Shown here: positions 16,149 through 24,000 of the stretch, piece after piece
How the letters are laid out: every line of letters begins with the position of its first letter
Numbering within the stretch: the stretch's first letter is position 1
NCBI RefSeq assembly: GCF_000195935.2
Contig: NC_000868.1
Span: forward strand, 1,321,237 to 1,345,236
Direction: 5' to 3'
DNA: 24,000 nt
DNA from: Pyrococcus abyssi GE5
GTDB lineage: Archaea; Methanobacteriota_B; Thermococci; Thermococcales; Thermococcaceae
Translations under genes and position numbers: made by a program
The notes under the pieces: model-generated
The model's input: only the letters and a program-made list of their open reading frames with translations
The model's database searches: none
What the model was told of the DNA's origin: nothing

Positions 16149-17819
16149 ATGCCAAAGTTCGACGTTTCAAAGTCGGACCTCGAGAGGCTCGTTGGAAGGA
16201 GCTTCTCACTTGAAGAGTGGGAAGACTTAGTTTTGTATGCGAAGTGCGAGCTTGACGATGTCTGGGAGGAAAACGGGAAAGTATACTTCAAACTCGACTC
16301 AAAGGACACGAACAGGCCAGATCTGTGGAGTGCGGAGGGAGTTGCTAGGCAAATTAGATGGGCCCTTGGACTTCAAAGTGGTTTACCTGAGTACGAAGTC
16401 AAGGAGAGCGATGTTGTAGTTTACGTCGATGAGAAGCTCAAGAACGTTAGACCTTACGGAGTCTACGCGATAGTAGAGGGCCTTAACTTAGATGAGGACT
16501 CGCTCAGCCAGATGATACAGTTGCAGGAGAAGGTGGCCTTAACGTTTGGTAGGAGAAGGAGGGAAGTTGCGATAGGGATATTCGACTTTGAGAAAGTGAA
16601 ACCCCCAATCTACTATAGGGCAGCCGAAAAAACGGAGAAATTCGTGCCATTAGGCTTTGAAGAAGAGTTAACTTTGGAGGAAATACTTGAAAAGCACGAG
16701 AAGGGGATAGAGTATGGACACTTAATCAAGGACAAGCCCCACTACCCCCTCTTAGTGGATAGCGAGGGTAACGTCCTCTCAATGCCCCCAATAATTAACT
16801 CCGAGCTCACTGGCAGAGTGACGACTGAGACAAAGAAGGTCTTCATAGATGTCACCGGCTGGGATCTAAAGAAGGTCATGCTAGCACTCAACGTCATGGT
16901 AACTGCACTGGCGGAGCGCGGAGGAAAGATAAGGAGCGTGAAGGTGATTTACAAGGACTTCGAGATAGTGACCCCCGACCTAACGCCAAAGAGGTTTGAA
17001 GTCGAACTTAATTACATAAGGAAGCTCTCGGGTTTGGACCTCAAGGATGAGGAGATAAAGGAGCTACTTGAAAGGATGATGTACTCGGTGGAGCTGGAAG
17101 ATGGGAAGGCAAAGCTACTCTACCCGGCGTTTAGGGATGACATAATGCACGCGAGGGATGTTCTAGAGGATGTGCTCATAGCCTATGGATACAACAACAT
17201 AGAACCTGAGGAACCAAAGCTGGCAGTTCAGGGTAGAGGAGACCCGTTTAAGGACTTTGAAGATGCAATAAGGGATTTAATGGTAGGCTTCGGGCTTCAG
17301 GAGATAATGACTTTCAACTTGACGAACAAGGAGGTTCAGTTCAAGAAGATGAACATCCCGGAAGAAGAGATAGTTGAGATAGCGAACCCAGTAAGTCAAA
17401 GATGGAGCGCCCTAAGGAAGTGGTTATTGCCAAGTTTAATGGAGTTCCTAAGCAATAACACCCACGAGGAGTACCCCCAGAGGATTTTCGAGGTTGGTCT
17501 TGCAACGCTTATTGACGAATCAAGGGAAACGAAAACGATCAGCGAACCAAAACTTGCCGTTGCGCTCGCGGGTAGCGAATATACGTTTACAAACGCAAAG
17601 GAAATACTGGATTCATTGATGAGACACCTCGGAGTTGAATACGAGATAGAAGAAACCGAGCACGGAAGCTTCATCTCAGGAAGGGTTGGAAAGGTACTAG
17701 TGAATGGAAAAGAAGTAGGGATTATAGGCGAGATACATCCCCAAGTCCTCGAGAACTGGAATATTGAGGTTCCCGTAGTTGCGTTTGAGATATTCTTAAG
17801 ACCCCTCTATCAGCCTTGA
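16149..17819 (+). CDS. pheT: Phenylalanine--tRNA ligase beta subunit
   Basis: 556 aa, 15 nt downstream of pheS. Archaeal PheT N-terminus MPKFDVSKSDLERLVG and a B3/4-B5-type organisation. Confidence 0.95.
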   Translation: MPKFDVSKSDLERLVGRSFSLEEWEDLVLYAKCELDDVWEENGKVYFKLDSKDTNRPDLWSAEGVARQIRWALGLQSGLPEYEVKESDVVVYVDEKLKNVRPYGVYAIVEGLNLDEDSLSQMIQLQEKVALTFGRRRREVAIGIFDFEKVKPPIYYRAAEKTEKFVPLGFEEELTLEEILEKHEKGIEYGHLIKDKPHYPLLVDSEGNVLSMPPIINSELTGRVTTETKKVFIDVTGWDLKKVMLALNVMVTALAERGGKIRSVKVIYKDFEIVTPDLTPKRFEVELNYIRKLSGLDLKDEEIKELLERMMYSVELEDGKAKLLYPAFRDDIMHARDVLEDVLIAYGYNNIEPEEPKLAVQGRGDPFKDFEDAIRDLMVGFGLQEIMTFNLTNKEVQFKKMNIPEEEIVEIANPVSQRWSALRKWLLPSLMEFLSNNTHEEYPQRIFEVGLATLIDESRETKTISEPKLAVALAGSEYTFTNAKEILDSLMRHLGVEYEIEETEHGSFISGRVGKVLVNGKEVGIIGEIHPQVLENWNIEVPVVAFEIFLRPLYQP

Positions 17820-17821
17820 TT

Positions 17822-17838
17822 CTGTTTAATATTTTTTG
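17822..17838 (+). terminator. Oligo-T terminator candidate after pheT
   Basis: TCTGTTTAATATTTTTTGG, containing a T6 run, starts right after the TGA at 17817..17819. Confidence 0.4.
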
Positions 17839-18000
17839 GATAAGCGCGAGCATTATCTCAAAGTTCTCAAGGTTTAGCATAAGCTCAACATCCACTTTCC
17901 TCACCTCCAGGATTCAGTAGGACAAGGAAAAAATAAACCTTTGGATAATTCCATTGAAATATGTCCAAAAAACTTTACAAAAGTAAAGACAAAGTTTAAT

Positions 18001-18012
18001 CATAAAAACAAA
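18001..18012 (-). terminator. Oligo-T terminator candidate after the ATPase gene
   Basis: The minus strand reads TTTGTTTTTATG 9 nt after the TAG stop at 18021..18023. Confidence 0.35.
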
Positions 18013-18020
18013 GTTTTTCC

Positions 18021-19400
18021 CTACCTGAATTTTTTCTCGAAGTGGAGCTTCAAATCCTCTAAATCCCAAACGTTGAATCCATACTCCCGCAATTTTGATT
18101 TCCCATGAACATTTTTAGCTACTAGGGCGAAACTTGCATCCCAGCCTTCGAGGTTCATCAGCTTAAACTTTCTTTTTAAATCCTTTAAGATTCCCTTAGC
18201 TTCCCGCTTACTCAATTCCTTCCATTTCACTTCCGCAAGGAGAATTCGCTTTAATCTCTCGTTAACGGCAACTATATCAATTTCTTCACCCTTATACCAC
18301 CACCGACCTATCCTTGTGAACCTGAAAGGTAACCTTCCTCTTCTGTTTAACTCAACCAGGAATTCCCTTGCCACGTCTTCAAATCTGATTCCATAAATTC
18401 TCTGAATATCCTCTTTGACGTCATCATAACTTATTATACCCAGCTCTATCCCAGTCCTGTTCTTCGGTACTATCGAGAACCACGTCAATAACATGGGATC
18501 CTTAAGCTTGTAGATTCCTCGCTTATCATTCCTGGCAATTGGAATTTCCCTTTCAATGAAGCCCAAGCGAACGAGGGTGTCCAAGTATGGGTATATTTTC
18601 CTTCCTTCTAATCCGGCATAGCTAGCTATTTCCGAAGCTCTAGTTTTTCCACTAGCTGTGGCTGATAATATGGAGAAATACGTTTTTAACTCTCTGAGCT
18701 CTCCCGAGAGAAGGATATACGGCTCATCGTAAAAGAAGCCTTCTGTCCTAAGAAACGTTTCCTCGATGAATCTCCTGGTATCTTCGTACCTTGAAGCTAT
18801 TATCAAATATGCTGGAATTCCACCTACAAGCATATACATCTCTAAACCGACTTCAAAACTGTCAAAGAACTTAAGGGAATTGAAGAGTGTCAAAGGTTTA
18901 AGGTGGAAGCTCATCGTTCTTCTCCCATATAGGGGGGAAGAATAACTTAAGACTTCATCGATCATCATACCTATGAGAGATCCCGATAGAACTAGCATTA
19001 CTGGCTTTTTTGAGAAATCATGATCCCATGCCCTCTGTAGGGCACTTACTATGGTTCTATCGCTTTTTATAGCATAGCTGAATTCATCAAGTATTATGAG
19101 AGTTTTTTCAGTAACTTTTGATGCAAGGTATTTGAAAAGTGGATACCAATCATTAAAGCTAAGGAACAGCTCGTCGTTGAAATGCTCTGCAAGCTCTTCC
19201 CTAAGCCTCCTTATTTGTCTCTCACGGGTATCTTCCATGAAAGTATAAAAGAAAGTTGGTTTTCCCTGGGAAAATTCCACGAGAAGTCGTGTTTTACCAG
19301 TTCTTCGCCTTCCATATATGATTACTAGAGAAGGAGTGCTGTTCCATTGGTCTTCGAGTGCTTTAAGTTCATCCTCACGATCCACAAATTTACTAATCAT
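18021..19400 (-). CDS. Archaeal AAA ATPase (Arch_ATPase) with wHTH and C-terminal DUF234 / PD-(D/E)xK-like nuclease-fold domain
   Basis: Walker A GRRRTGKT and Walker B LIILDEF. Central wHTH-like SEIASYAGLEGRKIYPYLDTLVRLGFIERE. The C-terminus, GRWWYKGEEIDIVA...LLAEVKW, matches a D...ExK restriction-endonuclease-fold pattern. Lines I sampled by eye look more AT-rich than the flanking genes. Confidence 0.8.
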   Translation of the reverse strand: MISKFVDREDELKALEDQWNSTPSLVIIYGRRRTGKTRLLVEFSQGKPTFFYTFMEDTRERQIRRLREELAEHFNDELFLSFNDWYPLFKYLASKVTEKTLIILDEFSYAIKSDRTIVSALQRAWDHDFSKKPVMLVLSGSLIGMMIDEVLSYSSPLYGRRTMSFHLKPLTLFNSLKFFDSFEVGLEMYMLVGGIPAYLIIASRYEDTRRFIEETFLRTEGFFYDEPYILLSGELRELKTYFSILSATASGKTRASEIASYAGLEGRKIYPYLDTLVRLGFIEREIPIARNDKRGIYKLKDPMLLTWFSIVPKNRTGIELGIISYDDVKEDIQRIYGIRFEDVAREFLVELNRRGRLPFRFTRIGRWWYKGEEIDIVAVNERLKRILLAEVKWKELSKREAKGILKDLKRKFKLMNLEGWDASFALVAKNVHGKSKLREYGFNVWDLEDLKLHFEKKFR

Positions 19401-19422
19401 GATTAGTACTAATCACGATTAG
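19391..19422. promoter_or_regulatory. Array of four alternating CTAATC / GATTAG half-sites (8-bp period) spanning the ATPase start codon; candidate operator
   Basis: The plus strand reads TA-CTAATC-AT-GATTAG-TA-CTAATC-AC-GATTAG-G. 19391..19408 is a perfect 18-bp palindrome centred on the CATG of the start codon, and 19401..19414 is a perfect 14-bp palindrome. TATA-like CTTAAATC sits about 26-29 nt upstream of the ATG on the minus strand and there is no SD, which suggests a leaderless mRNA. Confidence 0.5.
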
Positions 19423-19444
19423 GATTTAAGGCTTCCGGATAAAC

Positions 19445-19458
19445 ATAAAAAAGAAGAA
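19445..19458 (-). terminator. Oligo-T terminator candidate after tdh
   Basis: The minus strand reads TTTCTTCTTTTTTATG immediately after the TGA stop at 19460..19462. Confidence 0.35.
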
Positions 19459-19459
19459 A

Positions 19460-20506
19460 TCACTTGAGCATGAAGACTACCTTACCCGTCTTTCCAGCCC
19501 TCATTAGCTCGAAGGCTTCCTCGTACTTGTCGAATCCCTTGTACTTGTGGGTTATTATTGGGTCCAAGTTAAGCTTTCCGCTCTGGAGTAGCCTAGAAAC
19601 TGTGTACCATGTCTCCCAGAGGTGCCTACCTGTGATTCCATAAACAGTTAGAGCCTTGAAGATTATCAGATTGTTGAAGTCTATGCTAACCTTCCCTGGG
19701 TAAAGGCCCAGGAGGGATACTCTTCCAGCTGGTGTAACAGCCTGAAGTCCCTGTTCTAAAGCCTTAGGAGCTCCGCTGAACTCAAGGAACACGTCAACTC
19801 CATTTCCATCCGTTATGTCCATGACTTCCTTAACGACGTCTTCCTCGAATGGATTTATCACGTAATCTGCACCGACCTTCTTAGCTAGCTCTCTCCTGAA
19901 ATCGCTCGGCTCGGAAACTATCACCGGATAAGCCCCGGAGGCCTTCGCCACCGCAATTCCAAGTAAGCCAAGGGGGCCAGCTCCAGTTATCAAAACGCTC
20001 TTTCCAGAGATTGGCCCGGCCAGAACAGTATCAACTGCATTTCCAAGTGGTTCTTGAAGGGTTGCGTACTCCGGAGGAATTGACTTTGGATTCTTCCAAA
20101 CGTTTTGAGCTGGAACCACCGCGTACTCAGCAAATACACCATCGGTGTCTACACCGAATATCTTCGTGTTTTGACAAACATGGTACTGTCCCCTTCTACA
20201 CGCGTAGCATTTCCCACAAACTATGTGGGTTTCAACGCTTACGTAATCTCCAACCTCAATTCCCTCAACTCCCGGGCCCACCTCAACTACTTCACCGGCA
20301 ACCTCATGACCCATTATCTGTGGGGGCTTTATCCTTGATTGGGCCCACTCGTTCCACTCATAGATGTGTAGGTCTGTTCCACAAATGCTAGTCGCTATAA
20401 CTTTTATTAGAACCTCCCCAGGTCCTGGCTTTGGAACATCAACCTCGACGAGCTCAGCGCCGTAAGCCGGTTTCGTCTTCATGATAGCTACCATCTTCTC
20501 GGACAT
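19460..20506 (-). CDS. tdh: L-threonine 3-dehydrogenase (zinc-dependent MDR family)
   Basis: Catalytic Zn ligands CGTDLH and GHEVAGEV, structural Zn cluster [15 protein letters not shown] and NAD fold GAGPLGLLG. 348 aa, very similar to the characterised Pyrococcus TDH. Confidence 0.9.
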   Translation of the reverse strand: MSEKMVAIMKTKPAYGAELVEVDVPKPGPGEVLIKVIATSICGTDLHIYEWNEWAQSRIKPPQIMGHEVAGEVVEVGPGVEGIEVGDYVSVETHIVCGKCYACRRGQYHVCQNTKIFGVDTDGVFAEYAVVPAQNVWKNPKSIPPEYATLQEPLGNAVDTVLAGPISGKSVLITGAGPLGLLGIAVAKASGAYPVIVSEPSDFRRELAKKVGADYVINPFEEDVVKEVMDITDGNGVDVFLEFSGAPKALEQGLQAVTPAGRVSLLGLYPGKVSIDFNNLIIFKALTVYGITGRHLWETWYTVSRLLQSGKLNLDPIITHKYKGFDKYEEAFELMRAGKTGKVVFMLK

Positions 20507-20577
20507 GGAGAACCACCCCTAAGTTTTGACACATTAACAAATATGAGATGAGCATTTAAACGCTTTATGGAATATCT

Positions 20578-21504
20578 CTAGAATCCAATGTTAAATCTAG
20601 TTCCCAACCAGAAGACGCTACCGGCCATTATGGCTATGAGAACCCCATACCTCAAACCAGCGGAAAACTTTCCTTCTCTGATTACACCTATACCAACTCC
20701 AGTGACGAATCCCTGTATTACAGAGAACAGCCATAATATTAATTTAAGCTCTCCAGATGGTAATTGAACTTGCATTCCACTTGTATTTACGAACTCCGAT
20801 ATCCTAGAGACTATTGCTACTATCATCGGCCCAACGAATCCCCCAGAAGTTAGAAAGAACATCATCTGCATTCCAGTGGATGCCTTCCTCTCCTTCTTTA
20901 TTCTAAGTATCTCCCTAACGTCGTTTCCTACCGAAACTAGAACATCTGCCATCGGAGCTCCTCTCTCCAGGGCTTCAATCACGATCATCATGGACCTGTA
21001 AACTATCGGAGATTTTTTGTTCCTGAGTGCGAAAGCCCTTAATGCATCGACGGTCGGCCTACCCCTCTTCATCTCAGCAACGGTTCTCCTAAACTCCGCT
21101 GTCAAGGCACCGAACTTTGCAGTCGCGAGTTCTTCTAGGGCCTCGGAAAACGAAACACCAGCCCTTAAGGAACCCGCTAAATAGAAGAATGCATCCGGCA
21201 ATGCCTTCTCCATTTCCTCAATCCTCTTAGCAATTCTGAAGTTTGGATAAACGTACAAGAAGCCCAGGAAAACTCCCAGGAACGCTATTAAAGCTGAGCT
21301 CAAAGTTCCGAACAAGATAAACGCTACAGCACCACCTATGACGCCCATAATGATTGATATGGTAATGTATTCAGAGGCCTTGAAGTCAATTCCAGCCGAG
21401 TAAAGTAGTAGATCGTACCTTTTGAGATACCTCTTAGGGATTATCCTCTCGATGGCAGCTATGAACCTAGAGGATATCGGGCCTTCCCTGGCCAAATCCC
21501 TCAC
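20578..21504 (-). CDS. Type II secretion system F-domain membrane protein (TadC/FlaJ-like)
   Basis: 308 aa, GTG start in a GTGA overlap with the upstream gene. T2SSF-type cytosolic helix bundle (LPDAFFYLAGSLRAGVSFSEALEEL) flanked by TM segments. Confidence 0.7.
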   Translation of the reverse strand: MRDLAREGPISSRFIAAIERIIPKRYLKRYDLLLYSAGIDFKASEYITISIIMGVIGGAVAFILFGTLSSALIAFLGVFLGFLYVYPNFRIAKRIEEMEKALPDAFFYLAGSLRAGVSFSEALEELATAKFGALTAEFRRTVAEMKRGRPTVDALRAFALRNKKSPIVYRSMMIVIEALERGAPMADVLVSVGNDVREILRIKKERKASTGMQMMFFLTSGGFVGPMIVAIVSRISEFVNTSGMQVQLPSGELKLILWLFSVIQGFVTGVGIGVIREGKFSAGLRYGVLIAIMAGSVFWLGTRFNIGF

Positions 21505-22568
21505 CTCGGCTCTGCCCTCTTTATCATAACTATTATGATCAATGATAAAGCCGGGAAGCCAAACAGGAATAAAATAGCTAATCCAGCCATATCAATTATC
21601 AACCTCTTGGCGAATATTGAGCCTGCTATTATAACTACTATAAGCAGCGTTGGCATGACCACCGTCATAAACATGTAAACGAAGGATATACCGTTTATCT
21701 TTTGAACGTAATCCATAAGCTTTATCCTATATTCAAACGAGAATTCATCTGCCATCTTGTACAAGATGTCAGCCAAGTTACCTCCAAACTTTAGGGCCCT
21801 CAATATTTGCTTCACGACCCTGCTAACCATATCGGACTTCATCTTCTCCTCAAAGCTCGCTAGTGCATCCTCAAAGCTTGAACCCTTATGCATCTCCTGA
21901 ACCATCATGCGGAACTCCTCTGATATAACGCCGTAATCTGACTTTGCAACTGAGACCATGGTCTCAGCTAAACCAATTCCAGCGTTGAGTAGCGACGCCA
22001 TATGCCTAAGCACATAAGGCAAGGCCCTCTCTACTTCTTCCACTCTCCTCCTCCACACACTCTTGGGGTAAAATCTCATGTACATAAAGCCGAGTAAGAA
22101 TCCAGCAACTCCTATTAGGAGACTCATATCAATGGGCATCTCGATTATTATGCCGAAGAGGAATGCAAAGACTCCTGAAATCAAACCGACGGCGAGCATT
22201 AGAGCTACGTAGAGTTCTTTTGACATCATTATGTTCGCCCTATATAGATCCTCTTCTAAACCCCTAATTGATCCACTTAGAGATTCAACGGGGCCTCTAA
22301 AGTACTTTAGGACTCCTTTAGCAAGCCTTTGAGAGAATGGCTCTTTTATTTCTTTCTCACGCCATTCAACTGACTCCTCTATGAGCTCCTCTTCTTCCTT
22401 CTCCTTCTCTTTCTCTATCTCCTCTCTCATCTTTTTTAGTAGCTCAAGCCTTTCCTTAATAGTGAGCTCTTTGCTGGGCAACTTCCTTATTGGTGTCTCA
22501 GCTATCTCGATGGTCTTCCCACCAAGCCTTTCCAGGAACCTAACGAATCCATCGAGGATTCTTGGCAT
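21501..22568 (-). CDS. Type II secretion system F-domain membrane protein (TadB/FlaJ-like)
   Basis: 355 aa. An N-terminal charged coiled region is followed by TM pairs around a T2SSF-like domain (LPYVLRHMASLLNAGIGLAETM). SD GAGGTG lies upstream. Confidence 0.7.
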   Translation of the reverse strand: MPRILDGFVRFLERLGGKTIEIAETPIRKLPSKELTIKERLELLKKMREEIEKEKEKEEEELIEESVEWREKEIKEPFSQRLAKGVLKYFRGPVESLSGSIRGLEEDLYRANIMMSKELYVALMLAVGLISGVFAFLFGIIIEMPIDMSLLIGVAGFLLGFMYMRFYPKSVWRRRVEEVERALPYVLRHMASLLNAGIGLAETMVSVAKSDYGVISEEFRMMVQEMHKGSSFEDALASFEEKMKSDMVSRVVKQILRALKFGGNLADILYKMADEFSFEYRIKLMDYVQKINGISFVYMFMTVVMPTLLIVVIIAGSIFAKRLIIDMAGLAILFLFGFPALSLIIIVMIKRAEPR

Positions 22569-22580
22569 TATCCAAACACC

Positions 22581-24000
22581 TCAAATGAATTCCTTGACCC
22601 TTCTACTAATTTCCATGGTGGCGGCTTCCCTCTGTATCTTCTTAAAGAACTCCTCCTCGTCTATGTAGAACTCTCTTATCTGAGCTCCAACTTCATCTAT
22701 CCTTCTAAGACCCTTCTCTATCATCCAGTCCAAGACAAGTTTTCTCTTTTCAATTTCAAGATGTATCTCCTCTAACGACATTCCCGTGTGATAGGATAAA
22801 ATCTGAAGGAATCTGCTTGGAACTTCAGTTCTAACGAGCTCATCCTTAGCTGGATCATACTTGTAAAGGAAGTTTAACTGGATGCTCTCCCCCTCTATTC
22901 CCGAAACCTCCGCTATCTCTGTTACACGCCTTATCGTTCCCTTCTTCCTGGTGTGGTACCTAACCTGCATGATTATTATGTCCAAAGCCGGTATCATTAT
23001 CTTAGGAACATTCATCGGTGGGCTTTCAAGTCTAATTATAGTCTCTCTAGCCGAGTTTGAGTGTATTGTCCCCATGCAATTCGAAACGACGATTCCATTT
23101 GCAACGTAGTTATGATTAATGTCCACGGTTAAGTCATAGAGATATTCCACTCCGAGCCCTTTGGCATCGATCTCATCGACTTCAACAACTTCATCCCAAG
23201 CTACATCCCCGATACTTGAAAGCTCATAATTAAAGGGCTCAGAAAGAAGTTCTGGCATTGCCGGAGGAGAAAGTACGCTGAAATCTGGCCTAGTGTTAAG
23301 GACGGCTATCTCATCTCCAACTTTAACGTTACCCGCATCTCTCCTAGCAACATCTCTCCCTAGTAGTACGAATACCGGATGATCCTGGGTTAGCACCAAT
23401 TCTTTTCCACTAGCCGTTCTAATTTTAACTAACTTTTCCCCATCCTTGACTTTCCTCCTCCAAACGTGGGTAACCTTGTGCCTTCTAGCGCTTAAATCGG
23501 GCCCAATGCTGATAACCTCGAACGTATCTTCTTCGTTAAGCTCCACGTACTCCATGTCTTTGTATTTTCCTATTTTGTCGTGATACTTTTCGAAGAGCTC
23601 ATCGACGAGTTTGCCTATGAATTCCTTACCGTTTGGCAATTGAATCTCCGAGAAGTAGTAGAGGGCGCCGTCATGTCCAGTATTCATGGCAGTAAACATC
23701 GTCCTTGCCTCTGGACCTCTAACCTCACCGACTATTATCCTGTCTGGACGCATTCTCAACGTGTTCTTAACTAGGTCATCCATTGTAATTTCTCCCTTAC
23801 CCTCAACGTTCGGTGGCCTAGTTTCTAGTCTAACCCAGTGCTCTATTGGTAACTGGAGCTCCGCGGTATCCTCTATTGATATTACACGCTCGCTCGGAGG
23901 TATGAACATAGCTAGGGAGTTTAAGGTAGTAGTTTTACCAGAACCAGTCCCACCAGCTACCAGGATATTGGCTGGCTTAACTCCAAGCCCATCAACTAGC
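22581..24000 (-). CDS. klbA: KlbA / VirB11 / TadA-type secretion (type IV pilus-like) ATPase, intein-containing; N-terminus lies beyond the right edge
   Basis: The frame stays open upstream of the track's Met. My translation of 23910..23999 gives [30 protein letters not shown] (Walker A). This is followed by [23 protein letters not shown] (Walker B region) and a His-box split by the intein: TGHDG | intein | [12 protein letters not shown]. Confidence 0.85.
   Translation of the reverse strand, partial: LVDGLGVKPANILVAGGTGSGKTTTLNSLAMFIPPSERVISIEDTAELQLPIEHWVRLETRPPNVEGKGEITMDDLVKNTLRMRPDRIIVGEVRGPEARTMFTAMNTGHDGALYYFSEIQLPNGKEFIGKLVDELFEKYHDKIGKYKDMEYVELNEEDTFEVISIGPDLSARRHKVTHVWRRKVKDGEKLVKIRTASGKELVLTQDHPVFVLLGRDVARRDAGNVKVGDEIAVLNTRPDFSVLSPPAMPELLSEPFNYELSSIGDVAWDEVVEVDEIDAKGLGVEYLYDLTVDINHNYVANGIVVSNCMGTIHSNSARETIIRLESPPMNVPKIMIPALDIIIMQVRYHTRKKGTIRRVTEIAEVSGIEGESIQLNFLYKYDPAKDELVRTEVPSRFLQILSYHTGMSLEEIHLEIEKRKLVLDWMIEKGLRRIDEVGAQIREFYIDEEEFFKKIQREAATMEISRRVKEFI
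23079..23666 (-). mobile_element. 196-aa mini-intein, KlbA type (Ala1, class 2 splicing), no homing endonuclease domain evident
   Basis: It interrupts the conserved TGHxG...T(I/L)H box. The N-terminal block is [13 protein letters not shown], starting with Ala rather than Cys/Ser. Block B is [10 protein letters not shown] (TxxH) and block F is [17 protein letters not shown]. The C-terminal junction is IVVSN|C. I saw no LAGLIDADG or HNH motifs. Confidence 0.85.

Noticed and set aside
1-24000. A scan for CRISPR arrays, IS elements or transposases, rRNA genes, prophage or toxin-antitoxin modules.
   Set aside because: I found no regularly spaced direct repeats, no terminal inverted repeats flanking a transposase-like ORF, and no such proteins among the ORFs. 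The only selfish element is the intein.

Overview
The window reads as a core chromosomal segment of a hyperthermophilic euryarchaeon of the Thermococcales, most likely a Pyrococcus species. This rests on my recognition of the PCNA, threonine dehydrogenase, aspartate racemase and POR/VOR proteins and of the gene order; I ran no search. It is densely coded, with short overlapping gene junctions, GGTG-type Shine-Dalgarno sites and AT-rich TATA boxes.

Gene content, left to right:
- 1-3873 (-): tandem 2-ketoacid:ferredoxin oxidoreductase cluster, porG-vorDAB-porD-porA'.
- 4100-6735 (+): HMG-CoA synthase, acetoacetyl-CoA thiolase and DUF35, the entry module of the archaeal mevalonate pathway.
- 6758-9237 (+): tightly coupled mixed operon of a hydrogenase maturation protease, a split LysO/DUF340 membrane protein, a PduO-type adenosyltransferase and aspartate racemase.
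- 9240-9388 (-): intron-containing tRNA-Trp whose intron is a box C/D guide RNA.
- 9496-10728 (+): MFS transporter.
- 10725-12546 (-): TFS, PCNA and GINS51.
- 12624-14416 (+): translin/C3PO-like protein, endonuclease V and an HTH-riboflavin kinase.
- about 14411-14573: a roughly 160-nt extremely GC-rich island that looks like an unannotated structured RNA.
- 14625-17819 (+): pheS and pheT.
- 18021-19400 (-): AT-richer accessory-looking gene for an AAA ATPase-wHTH-PD-(D/E)xK (DUF234) protein, with a striking palindromic array over its start codon.
- 19460-20506 (-): threonine dehydrogenase.
- 20578-24000 (-): KlbA/VirB11-type secretion ATPase plus two TadB/TadC-like membrane proteins. The ATPase is interrupted by a 196-aa mini-intein that begins with Ala.

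I saw no CRISPR array, transposase, integrase or rRNA. The least explained items are the GC-rich RNA island and the ATPase-nuclease gene with its palindromic operator. Most other content is recognisable housekeeping.
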